From Candidatus Pacearchaeota archaeon (GTDB lineage Archaea; Nanobdellota; Nanobdellia; Pacearchaeales; GW2011-AR1): a stretch of DNA of 64,000 bases. The notes beneath the pieces were generated by a model. The model ran no database searches and was not told where the DNA came from. It saw only the letters and a list, made by a program, of their open reading frames with translations. The DNA lies in assembly GCA_023144035.1 (NCBI GenBank), contig JAGLGM010000001.1, positions 65,091 to 129,090 on the forward strand, given 5' to 3'. Positions 1-8,143 of this stretch are shown in pieces. Numbering within the stretch: position 1 is the first letter of the stretch; each line of letters opens with the position of its first letter. The translations under genes and the position numbers were made by a program.

Positions 1-22
1 AAGTTGTGAAACATCAACCATT

Positions 23-313
23 TTAAGTATAAGCTCCCTTTGATACTTTAGATTTAATTCTTCTTGCCTCAATTTCTGTTTCTCTTAACATTAAAAAATC
101 TCCAACTCTAATAGGGCCTTTAACATTTCTTCTCATTGAACGTCCTTTATCTTTTCCATCTTGAACAAGGCATTTAACTTGAGTTATCTCTCCTCTAAAA
201 CCAGTTCTTCCAATAAGTTCTTCAACTACTGCAGGCACTGTTACACCTATAATTTTATCGCTTCCTTTCGTAGACTGAGATTTCTGTTCTTTTTTTTGTT
301 GTGTTTTAGCCAT
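23..313 (-). CDS. rps28e: 30S ribosomal protein S28e
   Basis: 96 aa. Conserved S28e core: [44 protein letters not shown]. Sits directly downstream of L7Ae as in the conserved archaeal L7Ae-S28e-L24e cluster. Confidence 0.8.
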   Translation of the reverse strand: MAKTQQKKEQKSQSTKGSDKIIGVTVPAVVEELIGRTGFRGEITQVKCLVQDGKDKGRSMRRNVKGPIRVGDFLMLRETEIEARRIKSKVSKGAYT

Positions 314-314
314 T

Positions 315-614
315 TTATTTTGAAACAGTAACGTCTTGTTCCGCTTCTCCTAATTCAATTACTACTATTGAAGACGCTGGTACTGACAATCCTGCTGCAA
401 TTCCTAATTTTTGTTTGCTTTCTACTTCTTGACAAGAAATATTTTTTTCCTTACATAAAACTGGGATATGTTGAACAATTTCTTTTGGATCAACATCAGC
501 AGCATATACAACAAATTTCGCAGTTCCTCTTTCGATTGCTTTAGTAACTTCGTTAGTTCCTTTTTCAATCTTTCCTGTTCTCTTTGCTTTTTCAATTATT
601 TTATATGCATCCAT
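315..614 (-). CDS. rpl7ae: 50S ribosomal protein L7Ae (K-turn binding; sRNP/RNase P component)
   Basis: Matches L7Ae/L30e family: [49 protein letters not shown]. The ORF-track start at 662 is a TTG; the ATG at 614 ([10 protein letters not shown]...) gives the canonical N-terminus. Confidence 0.8.
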   Translation of the reverse strand: MDAYKIIEKAKRTGKIEKGTNEVTKAIERGTAKFVVYAADVDPKEIVQHIPVLCKEKNISCQEVESKQKLGIAAGLSVPASSIVVIELGEAEQDVTVSK

Positions 615-723
615 TTTTTTTATTATCGAGAACGAATAGAGAAACATTCTTTGTCCTCCCAAAAACGTTCATCGGATAATTAATTGAGAAAGAATTGGTT
701 TATAAAACTTTCTTTAGATGTTT

Positions 724-963
724 TTATTTATAAACATCTTTTCTATGTCCAAATTTTAAAAGATAAATCACATCATTAGAAAAAGAATAAACTAATCTAA
801 AAGGTTTAATATAAATACTTCTCTCTCCCCTCCTATATTTTAAAGGTTTACCAATTTCTGGATTTTTTATTATTTTAAAAATCTGTTTTTTTAATTTTTT
901 TAAGATAAAAGAATCTAAATTCTTAATTTGTTTTAGAAATAATGGAGAGCGTGTAATTTTCAT
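724..963 (-). CDS. RelE/ParE-family type II toxin
   Basis: 79 aa. C-terminal FRLVYSFxNDVIYLLKFGHRKDVY is the RelE/ParE signature. Sits 6 bp downstream of an AbrB-type antitoxin gene. Confidence 0.7.
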   Translation of the reverse strand: MKITRSPLFLKQIKNLDSFILKKLKKQIFKIIKNPEIGKPLKYRRGERSIYIKPFRLVYSFSNDVIYLLKFGHRKDVYK

Positions 964-969
964 TATTAT

Positions 970-1221
970 TTACCAATTTTCCATCTCTTTTATAAAATCT
1001 TCTACATCCACAGTAGTACCTTTACCTTTATCAATATCTTTCCAAATTCTTTCTAATTCTTTCATCTCTTTTAATTCTTCATTAGTCAAACCTTTTACAG
1101 GTTTTAAGATGATTAAATCATTTTGTTGAACAACATTAAAAGCAGTTCCTTCTTGAAAATTTTTCCTTAAATTTTCTGGAATAACAATTTGTCCTTTTGT
1201 ACTTAATTTAGTAATCTCCAT
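970..1221 (-). CDS. AbrB/SpoVT-MazE-family antitoxin
   Basis: 83 aa. N-terminal swapped-hairpin motif TKGQIVIPENLRK. Paralogous to 5591..5842. Confidence 0.65.
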   Translation of the reverse strand: MEITKLSTKGQIVIPENLRKNFQEGTAFNVVQQNDLIILKPVKGLTNEELKEMKELERIWKDIDKGKGTTVDVEDFIKEMENW

Positions 1222-1226
1222 ATAGA

Positions 1227-1243
1227 AGTAAGAAAATCTTACT
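1227..1243. promoter_or_regulatory. Inverted repeat AGTAAGA-aaa-TCTTACT immediately upstream of the antitoxin start; putative TA operator
   Basis: 7-bp perfect arms read directly in the sequence, ~6 bp upstream of the start at 1221. The same core palindrome recurs at 5847..5866 upstream of the paralogous antitoxin. Confidence 0.55.
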
Positions 1244-1255
1244 ATTTAAATATTT

Positions 1256-2236
1256 CTATTTCCAAGTAACTTCAACATCATCTGTTCTTTGACGAGGAAG
1301 AATATCAATTTTGCTTAAATCACTTTCTTTAATTCCTTTTCTAAACATAATTTCTCCTAAAAAAGCAATCATTGCTGCATTATCTACAAGTAAAGATCTT
1401 TCAGGACAAAAAAACTTTGCTCCTCTTTCTTTACACATAATCTTACACATTTCCTGTAACCGAGAATTACATGCAACTCCTCCTCCTAAAAGTAATTCTT
1501 TTTTTCCTGTATGAGCCAAAGCTCTTTCAGCTGTTTCAACAAGCATAGCAAACACAGTCTCTTGTAATGAATATGCTAAATCATTTAAATTATATTTAGC
1601 TTCAAGTTTTTGTTTTAAATTAGTAAGAATACCAGAAAGTGCAATATCCATTCCTTTAACTTTATAAGGTAATTCAATATAATTTTTCTTACTCTTCAAA
1701 GCTAACTTTTCTATAACTGGTCCTCCTGGAAAACCTATTCCAGCATATCTTGCAAAATTATCAATAAAATTTCCAACTCCAATATCTAAAGTTTCTCCAA
1801 ATACCCTATATTTTCCAGCCTCATAAGCTATTACTTGAGTATTTGCTCCAGAAGCATAAAGCATAACAGCATCTTTAGCCCCAGTCATTTTTCCTATTTC
1901 TAAATGAGCAATACAATGATTAACAGGAACTAATGGTTTGTTTAATTTTTTGCATAACTGTTTCGCTTTTTTCAATCCAATTAAAAGACAAGGTGCGAGT
2001 CCAGGACCAATAGATACTGCTATAAAATCTAAATTCCCTAATTGCACTTTTGTTTTTTCAAGAACTCTTTCCAAAACCTTATCAAAAACATCTTCATGAT
2101 GTTTTGCAGCATCCATAGGTATAATCCCTCCTTCATTAGTTATATAACTATTTTTTTCATTAGCAATTATCTTTCCATTTTTAACAATTCCTATGCCCAA
2201 AGTGTGAGCTGTGCTTTCAATACCTAACCCTATCAT
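1256..2236 (-). CDS. kae1: tRNA N6-adenosine threonylcarbamoyltransferase Kae1 (t6A synthesis)
   Basis: 326 aa. Strong Kae1/TsaD family similarity (MIGLGIESTAHTLGIGIV..., HxxxH metal site HCIAHLEIG, C-terminal GGGVACNSRLQE). Stand-alone, not fused to Bud32. Confidence 0.9.
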   Translation of the reverse strand: MIGLGIESTAHTLGIGIVKNGKIIANEKNSYITNEGGIIPMDAAKHHEDVFDKVLERVLEKTKVQLGNLDFIAVSIGPGLAPCLLIGLKKAKQLCKKLNKPLVPVNHCIAHLEIGKMTGAKDAVMLYASGANTQVIAYEAGKYRVFGETLDIGVGNFIDNFARYAGIGFPGGPVIEKLALKSKKNYIELPYKVKGMDIALSGILTNLKQKLEAKYNLNDLAYSLQETVFAMLVETAERALAHTGKKELLLGGGVACNSRLQEMCKIMCKERGAKFFCPERSLLVDNAAMIAFLGEIMFRKGIKESDLSKIDILPRQRTDDVEVTWK

Positions 2237-2949
2237 TTTAATTTATTATATACCTCTTTACTTCCAATATCTTCCCATGAACCCTTAAAAACAAATCCAT
2301 AAACATCTTGAAAGCTCATAAAATAAGGAATCAAATATCCTGGGCCTTCTTTTGGTTTATCTGTTTTCATATAGTTTTCAATATTTTTTATTTCTTCTTT
2401 AGAATAAATATACATAGCAGTAGAAATCAAAGTAGATTTTGGATTTTTAGGTTTTTCTAAAAAAGAAACAATTTTATTATTTTCTAATTCAAGTATTCCA
2501 AAATTCTTTGCTTTTTCTAAATTTTTTAAATCATATAAACCAATAACATTTTTATCTTTATTATGAAAAAAATCTACCATTTCTTTTAAGTTAAAATCAA
2601 AAAACAAATCACCTGCAAGAACAAACAAATCATCATTAATTTTCTTTTGCTCAACTGCATACCAAAGATCGCCTATCCCTCCAAGACGAGAACCATTTTC
2701 AAGAGTATGGTCATTTAAAATATCTATTTTTTTCTTAAACTTTCTAGAATTTTTCCACTCTACAAAATTATTATAAAATTTATCATTAGAAACAACATAT
2801 ATCTCATCAATATCATTAATTTCTTCTAGTTTATCGACTATATATTCTAAAAGAGGCTTTCCTTTTATAGGCAATAATGCTTTTGGTTTATTTAATGTTA
2901 AAGGGTAAAGCCTAGTTGCATAACCTGCACACAAAATAACACATTTCAT
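2233..2949 (-). CDS. Sugar-phosphate nucleotidyltransferase (glucose-1-phosphate thymidylyl/uridylyltransferase-like)
   Basis: N-terminal NTP_transferase motif MKCVILCAGYATRLYPLTLNKPKALLPIKGKPLL. 4-nt overlap with kae1 suggests co-transcription. Confidence 0.75.
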   Translation of the reverse strand: MKCVILCAGYATRLYPLTLNKPKALLPIKGKPLLEYIVDKLEEINDIDEIYVVSNDKFYNNFVEWKNSRKFKKKIDILNDHTLENGSRLGGIGDLWYAVEQKKINDDLFVLAGDLFFDFNLKEMVDFFHNKDKNVIGLYDLKNLEKAKNFGILELENNKIVSFLEKPKNPKSTLISTAMYIYSKEEIKNIENYMKTDKPKEGPGYLIPYFMSFQDVYGFVFKGSWEDIGSKEVYNKLK

Positions 2950-3032
2950 AGATTAAAATATAATAACTACTATATAAAATTAATTAAGCTAAATAAAAAA
3001 ATAAGATAAAATAAAAAAATAAAAAAATAAAT

Positions 3033-3224
3033 TTATCTCTTTTTTTTCTTTGCAGGCTTTTTCTTAGCTGGTTTCTTCTTAGCAGCAGGTTTCTTTTTAA
3101 CAGCTTTTTTCTTTCTCTTACCGCCTCTAGCCATTTTAGCCTCACAAACATTTCCTGCCCCATCAATATAATAAAGATGTCCAGGTTTTCTTGTTATTAC
3201 TTTTTTAACGACAATTCGTCCCAT
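3033..3224 (-). CDS. Small basic protein with SH3-like N-domain and lysine-rich tail; candidate nucleic-acid/chromatin-binding protein
   Basis: 63 aa. VKKVITRKPGHLYYIDGAGNVCEAK is followed by a KKKPAAKKKPAKKKPAKKKKR tail. Pattern is reminiscent of Sul7d/Cren7-like small DNA binders but the match is weak. The overlapping ORF 2984..3166 is rejected. Confidence 0.45.
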   Translation of the reverse strand: MGRIVVKKVITRKPGHLYYIDGAGNVCEAKMARGGKRKKKAVKKKPAAKKKPAKKKPAKKKKR

Positions 3225-3280
3225 TTTTATCCCTCCTTTTTAATATAGAACATAAACATCAAAAGTATATTTAAATGTTT

Positions 3281-3637
3281 CTAACTATCGTCGAGAAGTT
3301 CTATTATTTCATTATACCTTTTATTAATAGGAATTTCCACTAACTTGTGATAATGTTTTTTTATCCCTATATTTAATTTAAATGGTTTTACTTTCTTAAT
3401 TCCAAGAACATTATTTTTATTATCAAGCCAAATTGCAATAAAAGGGAAAAATACAAAATAAGAATGTAATTTTAATTTAGTTGGTTTTTTAAATTCAAAT
3501 AATAAAGAATTTGCTTTTTCTCGTCGACAAAACATAAGTCCTATTGCTTCTCCAAAAAAATTAACTTTCTTAACTTTTCCAAGGTCAATTTCCCTACCTT
3601 CTTTTTTAATCTTCATTTTTATTAAAATAAATTTCAT
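3281..3637 (-). CDS. DUF192 (COG1430) family protein
   Basis: 118 aa. Pattern consistent with DUF192: GLMFCRRE...FPFIAIWLDNKNNVLGIKKVKPF. The conserved start is more likely the second Met (ATG at 3616), whose 5' region is duplicated at 4291..4356. Confidence 0.55.
   Translation of the reverse strand: MKFILIKMKIKKEGREIDLGKVKKVNFFGEAIGLMFCRREKANSLLFEFKKPTKLKLHSYFVFFPFIAIWLDNKNNVLGIKKVKPFKLNIGIKKHYHKLVEIPINKRYNEIIELLDDS
3555..3620. repeat. 66-bp direct repeat, copy 1 (5' end of the DUF192 gene); partner at 4291..4356
   Basis: aaaaattaactttcttaacttttccaaggtcaatttccctacc...taatcttcattttt occurs at both sites with 1-2 differences. The two copies bracket the PIN/RHH cassette. Confidence 0.8.
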
Positions 3638-4049
3638 ATATTTCTTTAGTTGTAAATATTTTTACTATTTTTTGTTTTTTAAAATGTTTATCATTAGACC
3701 AGATAGGACAATTTAAAACAAGCGCTGCAGCAATAAATAAAACATCATCTTTATCTATTTTCCCCATTATCTTATTTGCACGATTATTATATTTCAATAA
3801 AATATCATTTCTTAAAATTGACACATACTTTAATAATTTTCTAATCAAATCCCTTATTTCATTTTGAGATTGCTTGGATTTTTTTGAAATTAATTTCTCA
3901 TATTTTTTTATTTCAATTATTTCTTGTTCTGGAATAAACAAATTAAATGGAGAATTCACAATTAAATATCTTGTTAAACTATCCTTAATTAAAGAAGAAA
4001 TAAAAATATTTGTATCAATTACTAAATTCATAAAATTTCTTGGCAGCAC
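3606..4049 (-). CDS. PIN-domain (VapC-like) toxin
   Basis: 147 aa. N-terminal LVIDTNIFISSL PIN motif with downstream conserved acidic residues. Overlaps the upstream RHH antitoxin gene. Confidence 0.7.
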   Translation of the reverse strand: MLPRNFMNLVIDTNIFISSLIKDSLTRYLIVNSPFNLFIPEQEIIEIKKYEKLISKKSKQSQNEIRDLIRKLLKYVSILRNDILLKYNNRANKIMGKIDKDDVLFIAAALVLNCPIWSNDKHFKKQKIVKIFTTKEIYEIYFNKNED

Positions 4050-4245
4050 TTCTTTTTATTTTTTTACTTATCTCTTCAACATCTTTTTTTGTCAGTTTAT
4101 TTTTTGAAGCAATTTGATTCATTGCCTCAAAATCATTTATTCTTTGTTCAATTGCACGTCGAGCTATTTCACTCCATCTTATTTCTGAAAAAGATTTCAT
4201 TTTTTCATGCAATTCTTTCGGAAGAGACAAAGTCATATTTACCAT
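4015..4245 (-). CDS. Ribbon-helix-helix (CopG/VapB-like) antitoxin
   Basis: 76 aa. N-terminal MTLSLPKELHEKMK beta-strand plus helix. Paralog of 27808..28038 (FSEIRWSEIARRAIEQRI vs FSEIKWSEFVRKIIKQRI). Confidence 0.6.
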   Translation of the reverse strand: MVNMTLSLPKELHEKMKSFSEIRWSEIARRAIEQRINDFEAMNQIASKNKLTKKDVEEISKKIKRSAAKKFYEFSN

Positions 4246-4252
4246 ACTTACT

Positions 4253-4268
4253 TATGTGTTAACACATA
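4253..4268. promoter_or_regulatory. 16-bp perfect palindrome TATGTGTTAACACATA; putative RHH operator
   Basis: Read directly from the sequence, ~8 bp upstream of the antitoxin start at 4245. Confidence 0.55.
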
Positions 4269-4290
4269 TTTAAATGTTCCTATAAAACTA

Positions 4291-4356
4291 AAAAATTAAC
4301 TTTCTTAACTTTTCCAAGGTCAATTTCCCTACCTTTTTTTTAATCTTCATTTTTTC
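4291..4356. repeat. 66-bp direct repeat, copy 2 (truncated, frameshifted copy of the DUF192 start region)
   Basis: Near-identical to 3555..3620. It would encode MKIKKKVGKLTLEKLRKLIF* and is therefore non-functional. Confidence 0.8.
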
Positions 4357-4374
4357 TTTATGCGAAGTGTATCT

Positions 4375-4749
4375 TCATGAGCATACTCTCCTTTTATTAT
4401 ATTCTTTAAAATATTTATTTACATTTTTATCAGTAACCCAATTATGATGTTTAAATCCTCCTCCAAAAGATATAGGAATATGCATAAGCTCGTGAATTAT
4501 TGTTTTAAGTTGATCTTCTTTACTAAGTCTTTCAAATCTTTCAGCTAAAAATTCTAGAGCATAAAAAGCCTCTGTCCCCATTGCTTTTTGCATAAGCTTT
4601 CCTAAAGCATGACATCTTGCAATTGTTCTTTTAGAAGAAGTTCCATAACTTCTAAAACACATAACTCTATTCATTCTAATATGTGGAAATAACATTATAG
4701 ATATTTCTTCAGCTATTATTTGTAAGTCTTGTGCAAATTCATACTTCAT
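4375..4749 (-). CDS. Putative Zn-metallopeptidase (HExxH motif; SprT/Wss1-like)
   Basis: 124 aa with HELMHI motif and a downstream region that may supply the third metal ligand. Family assignment is tentative. Confidence 0.45.
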   Translation of the reverse strand: MKYEFAQDLQIIAEEISIMLFPHIRMNRVMCFRSYGTSSKRTIARCHALGKLMQKAMGTEAFYALEFLAERFERLSKEDQLKTIIHELMHIPISFGGGFKHHNWVTDKNVNKYFKEYNKRRVCS

Positions 4750-4787
4750 TTCAAAAAGAAATCATAACCCTTTATATATTTATCAAC

Positions 4788-4997
4788 TCAAAAAAGTTCA
4801 ATAACTTTATTCCTCGACGTTAAACCAGATTTTATAATCACTTTTCTTTTAAAATATTTACCCAATATTTTTATTAATTTTTCATTAACCTTATTATCAA
4901 TTGGTTTTTCCTTTAACCACACTTCATATATTTTATTATCTTTCTTTTCAATCTTTTCCTGAGAAGAATTAGGATGAAGTTTAATTTTTATTTTCAT
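4788..4997 (-). CDS. DUF167 (YggU-like) family protein
   Basis: 69 aa. C-terminal IIKSGLTSRNKVIEL matches the conserved DUF167 G-x-T-S-R-x-K motif. Confidence 0.55.
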   Translation of the reverse strand: MKIKIKLHPNSSQEKIEKKDNKIYEVWLKEKPIDNKVNEKLIKILGKYFKRKVIIKSGLTSRNKVIELF

Positions 4998-5258
4998 TTT
5001 TTAGATTAATTCAATATTCAAATAGGGCAATGAGGTAATTTATTTTTAATTTTTTTCTGCTCTTGCTTAAAATGCTTCCTACATAAAAAAACTCCAACCA
5101 AAATTTTCATGTTTACCTCCAAGAAGGGAAGGATATACCTCCTTGTAAGCTTTATTCTTACATTTACCCCTATAATCACATAAATAAACTCTCTTACCAT
5201 TAATTATTTTCGTGAAAGGTGTTAATCTTTTATTTTCTATCTTCATTTTTAAAATATT

Positions 5259-5591
5259 TTAAAACATCCTACCAATTTCTTTTTTGACATCTCTCAGAAC
5301 TTTATTATTGATTATTCCAATTTTCATCTTAATTAAATTTTTTTCAACAGAAAATATTTTGTCAACACGAATTCTACTTGGCCTAATTAATTTTCCTAAG
5401 AATAAATCCTTTTGATTTATTAAAATAGAATAAGGCTCATCTTTTATTACAGCAGTTAAAGGAACCATAATACAATCCTCAGATTTTTTATTAAATTTGT
5501 TATTAGATATAATCAATGCTGGCCGAATTTTGTTTTCTTTCAAATTTGAAAAAGGATAAGGTAATAAAACAATCTCTTTTTGATTTGCCAT
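5259..5591 (-). CDS. MazF/PemK-family toxin
   Basis: 110 aa. IVLLPYPFSNLKENKIRPALIISNN matches the PemK/MazF N-terminal signature. Confidence 0.7.
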   Translation of the reverse strand: MANQKEIVLLPYPFSNLKENKIRPALIISNNKFNKKSEDCIMVPLTAVIKDEPYSILINQKDLFLGKLIRPSRIRVDKIFSVEKNLIKMKIGIINNKVLRDVKKEIGRMF

Positions 5592-5842
5592 TATTTAAGA
5601 TATTCTCCCCACACATTATCTTCTTTATTATCCCAAATTTCTTTCAAAGATTTTTCACTAAATTTTAAGATGTCATTAAAATCTTCAATTAGTTTTTTTT
5701 CCACTTTTTGTTGTTTTTCAATTAGCAACTTTCCTCCTATATCAAACAAAACCAAATCATCTCCTTTTGTAATTCCTAATTTCTCTCTAAAGCTTTGAGG
5801 AATAGCAATTTGTCCTTTGTCTGACACTTTTATTATTTTCAT
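5591..5842 (-). CDS. AbrB/MazE-family antitoxin
   Basis: 83 aa. SDKGQIAIPQSFREKLGITKGD SpoVT/AbrB swapped hairpin. Its stop overlaps the toxin start. Confidence 0.65.
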   Translation of the reverse strand: MKIIKVSDKGQIAIPQSFREKLGITKGDDLVLFDIGGKLLIEKQQKVEKKLIEDFNDILKFSEKSLKEIWDNKEDNVWGEYLK

Positions 5843-5846
5843 ATAA

Positions 5847-5866
5847 AAGTAAGAATTTTCTTACTT
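5847..5866. promoter_or_regulatory. 20-bp perfect palindrome AAGTAAGAATTTTCTTACTT; putative operator
   Basis: Lies between an A/T-rich TATA-like element (atataaaag) and the antitoxin start at 5842. Shares its core with the palindrome at 1227..1243. Confidence 0.6.
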
Positions 5867-5883
5867 ATAAATTATTCTGTGAA

Positions 5884-7080
5884 CTACCTCGTTACAATCT
5901 CCAAAGCATCTCGATGTTTTAATTCATAGGCCTTACCTAAGGCCTTTTTTGTTCTTGCATCAATTGCTTTAATAAAATTCTTTCCAAAATCAGTGTGTAA
6001 ATGAAATGCAAAATCTAAAGCAGTTGATCCTTTAGGTAATAAAAAACAATCAGGTAAGATATTTCCTTTACTATCTGCAAGTTTATTTGCCGAAGCTGGA
6101 AAAATTGCAACATATTTTAATAAATTAAAAATAGCCATATTCAAAACTTCTTGAACTCCTGTTCCATCATATTCTTTTAAAACTTTTTTAATATCTTCTA
6201 AAGCTAATTTTTGTTTTTCATTAATTTCTCCTTTAATTTTAAAATCAGAATCTCCTGGAATATATTCAATTAATTCTGCTTTTGCTGCTTCTCTTAAAGC
6301 TAATTCAGAATCAGCTGAACAAGGTACAACCATTAAATCTGGAAATTCTTTAATTAGCTTTTCAAAATTCTCTTTCCCATTTTTAGTATCAACTTTATTT
6401 GCTGCAATAATCATCGGCTTACTTTTTTTTCTCAAAGCAGTTGCAAATTCTTTTAATTGTTCTTCTGTCCAAATACTTGGTTTTTTAGAAAAATCTAATT
6501 TTAATAAAACATCTTTAACATCATCTTCTTTAACTTTTAAACCAGAAAATTGATGAGCCACAGCCTCTGAAAATTTCATATCTTCTATCTCTGCCTTTCT
6601 TGCAAAACTTTTCCAAACTTTCATTAAAATATTATAAAACCATTTATTTAATTCATCTTCAAGAAATTCAACATCTTTACAAACATCGTGATTTTCAGTA
6701 GGTTTTCCTTCTACATCTAAATTTCCAGAAGTATCAACAATATGAATAAAAACATCTGCTTTTCTTAAATCATCTAAAAATTGATTTCCTAATCCTTTTC
6801 CTTCACTTGCTCCAGGAACCAACCCTGCAACATCCATTAATTCAACAGGTACAAACCTATTATGATTAATACAAAAACCATGACTTGGATTACAATTTGT
6901 ATTAAATTCTTTATCAATACATTCAATTCTAACATAACCTACTCCATGATTTGCTTTTATTGTTGTAAAAGGGTAAGAAGCTATTTCAACCTCTGCTAAA
7001 GTCGCAGCTTTAAAAAAAGTGCTTTTTCCTACAGAAGGCTTACCCACCAAGGCTAACATCATTTTGAATAATATATCCAA
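5884..7080 (-). CDS. ychF: Obg-like ATPase YchF/OLA1 family GTPase with C-terminal TGS domain
   Basis: 398 aa. P-loop GKPSVGKST, G2 region YPFTTIKANHGV, NKVD G4 motif (AANKVD), TGS-like C-terminus. Confidence 0.75.
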   Translation of the reverse strand: MDILFKMMLALVGKPSVGKSTFFKAATLAEVEIASYPFTTIKANHGVGYVRIECIDKEFNTNCNPSHGFCINHNRFVPVELMDVAGLVPGASEGKGLGNQFLDDLRKADVFIHIVDTSGNLDVEGKPTENHDVCKDVEFLEDELNKWFYNILMKVWKSFARKAEIEDMKFSEAVAHQFSGLKVKEDDVKDVLLKLDFSKKPSIWTEEQLKEFATALRKKSKPMIIAANKVDTKNGKENFEKLIKEFPDLMVVPCSADSELALREAAKAELIEYIPGDSDFKIKGEINEKQKLALEDIKKVLKEYDGTGVQEVLNMAIFNLLKYVAIFPASANKLADSKGNILPDCFLLPKGSTALDFAFHLHTDFGKNFIKAIDARTKKALGKAYELKHRDALEIVTR

Positions 7081-7096
7081 TTTGGATTATCTTTAC

Positions 7097-8143
7097 TTAG
7101 TTACCTTGTTGTTGTTTCTTTTTATCTCTTTCTCTTTTAATTAAGAATATAATCAGCAGTATTAATATAATTATTATTAATATTATTAAGAAAAAGATTA
7201 TCTTTCCAAAAATACTAATAGGTGTTCTTTCTGTAACTTCAAAATGAGCACTTGAAGGTGCAACCCCATTAGGATAAATTAATTCCAACCCTACAATATA
7301 TGTGCCTAAAGGAAGAGCTCCTGTTGCAAAATTTCTTTTAAACTCAATTTTTTCGTCAATTAATAAAGTCTCTGATTTTGTTAAATAAGTTTTACCTTGA
7401 TAATCTTTAATAACATAATTTAAGGTTACATCCATTCTTTCTTTTTCACCCATTGGAATTAATGTAACTTGTGTCCTTAATTTATCTCCTTGTTCAACTA
7501 AATAATTTTCATTTAAAACTATAATATTTGAATCAAATAATAATAACTTTGTCCTTACATTTAAAGAAACAGGAATTGAAATTCCCCCTACTATTAATCT
7601 ACCAGTATATATTCCTGTTTTACTTGTTCCTACAAATGTAATTGTTATTTTCTTTACTTCTCCTGCATTTAAAGTTAATTCTGTTACAGGAAGAATTACA
7701 TTCATATCTAAATCTTGTTGGCTAATACTTATTGTTGCAAATTCTGATCCTGCATTTGTAATTGTAAGGGTTCTATCAATATTTGTATTTATAGCAAGAT
7801 TAACATTAAAAGAAGTTGGATCTACTGTTATTAAAGCTCCTCCACTTCCTCCACCACCTCCTTGATCATCATCGTCATCATCATCTTCTATTTGACAAGT
7901 TGATGAACATCCATCACCATTATCTGTATTACCATCATCACATTCTTCATCTCCTTGAACATCTCCATCACCACAAACAGGAGTTATAGTTATAGTTGGA
8001 ATTCCTGAGAAAAAACCCTCTATTTGTTCATGAGGATTAATTATTAATTCATCATCTCCTCCAGAATTTAAAGAAATAACATCTGCATTAATAAAAGAAA
8101 TAAAAAATATAAAAAATAACACAATAATTATTAATTTCTTCAT
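7097..8143 (-). CDS. Secreted/membrane-anchored Cys-rich surface protein
   Basis: 348 aa. N-terminal signal peptide. CGDGDVQGDEECDDGNTDNGDGCSSTC (Myxococcus-type Cys-rich repeat-like). Asp/Gly linker, beta-rich domain, C-terminal TM helix plus basic tail. Its start overlaps the HEPN gene stop (ATGA). Confidence 0.65.
   Translation of the reverse strand: MKKLIIIVLFFIFFISFINADVISLNSGGDDELIINPHEQIEGFFSGIPTITITPVCGDGDVQGDEECDDGNTDNGDGCSSTCQIEDDDDDDDQGGGGGSGGALITVDPTSFNVNLAINTNIDRTLTITNAGSEFATISISQQDLDMNVILPVTELTLNAGEVKKITITFVGTSKTGIYTGRLIVGGISIPVSLNVRTKLLLFDSNIIVLNENYLVEQGDKLRTQVTLIPMGEKERMDVTLNYVIKDYQGKTYLTKSETLLIDEKIEFKRNFATGALPLGTYIVGLELIYPNGVAPSSAHFEVTERTPISIFGKIIFFLIILIIIILILLIIFLIKRERDKKKQQQGN

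Noticed and set aside
315-662. ORF-track N-terminal extensions that start at TTG/GTG (e.g. L7Ae at 662, small ORF at 27162)
   Set aside because: The downstream ATG gives the family-typical N-terminus. The extensions add hydrophobic junk residues. I used the ATG.
468-683. Plus-strand ORF antisense to rpl7ae; likewise 1311..1514 and 2042..2227 antisense to kae1, 27203..27409, 27902..28123, 28808..29071, 29254..29439, 30472..30705, 31225..31485, 37122..37328, 40743..41012, 41331..41537, 42115..42303, 42763..43050, 47112..47345, 48981..49187, 49687..49899, 51159..51524, 52139..52456, 52786..53196, 54876..55142, 55341..55577, 55789..56049, 58197..58379, 59255..59560, 60248..60463, 61842..62123
   Set aside because: All lie opposite well-supported genes (or across tRNA-Gln). 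They have AT-bias-driven Phe/Ile/Leu/Lys-rich products with no family resemblance.
2984-3166. 60-aa ORF overlapping 3033..3224 in another frame
   Set aside because: Its low-complexity product is the out-of-frame reading of the lysine-rich tail of 3033..3224. Only one can be real, and 3033..3224 has the structured N-domain.
5018-5200. 60-aa ORF between the DUF167 and MazF genes
   Set aside because: No recognisable features and an odd composition. The region is more likely intergenic/promoter for the MazF/MazE operon. Kept out of the feature list.
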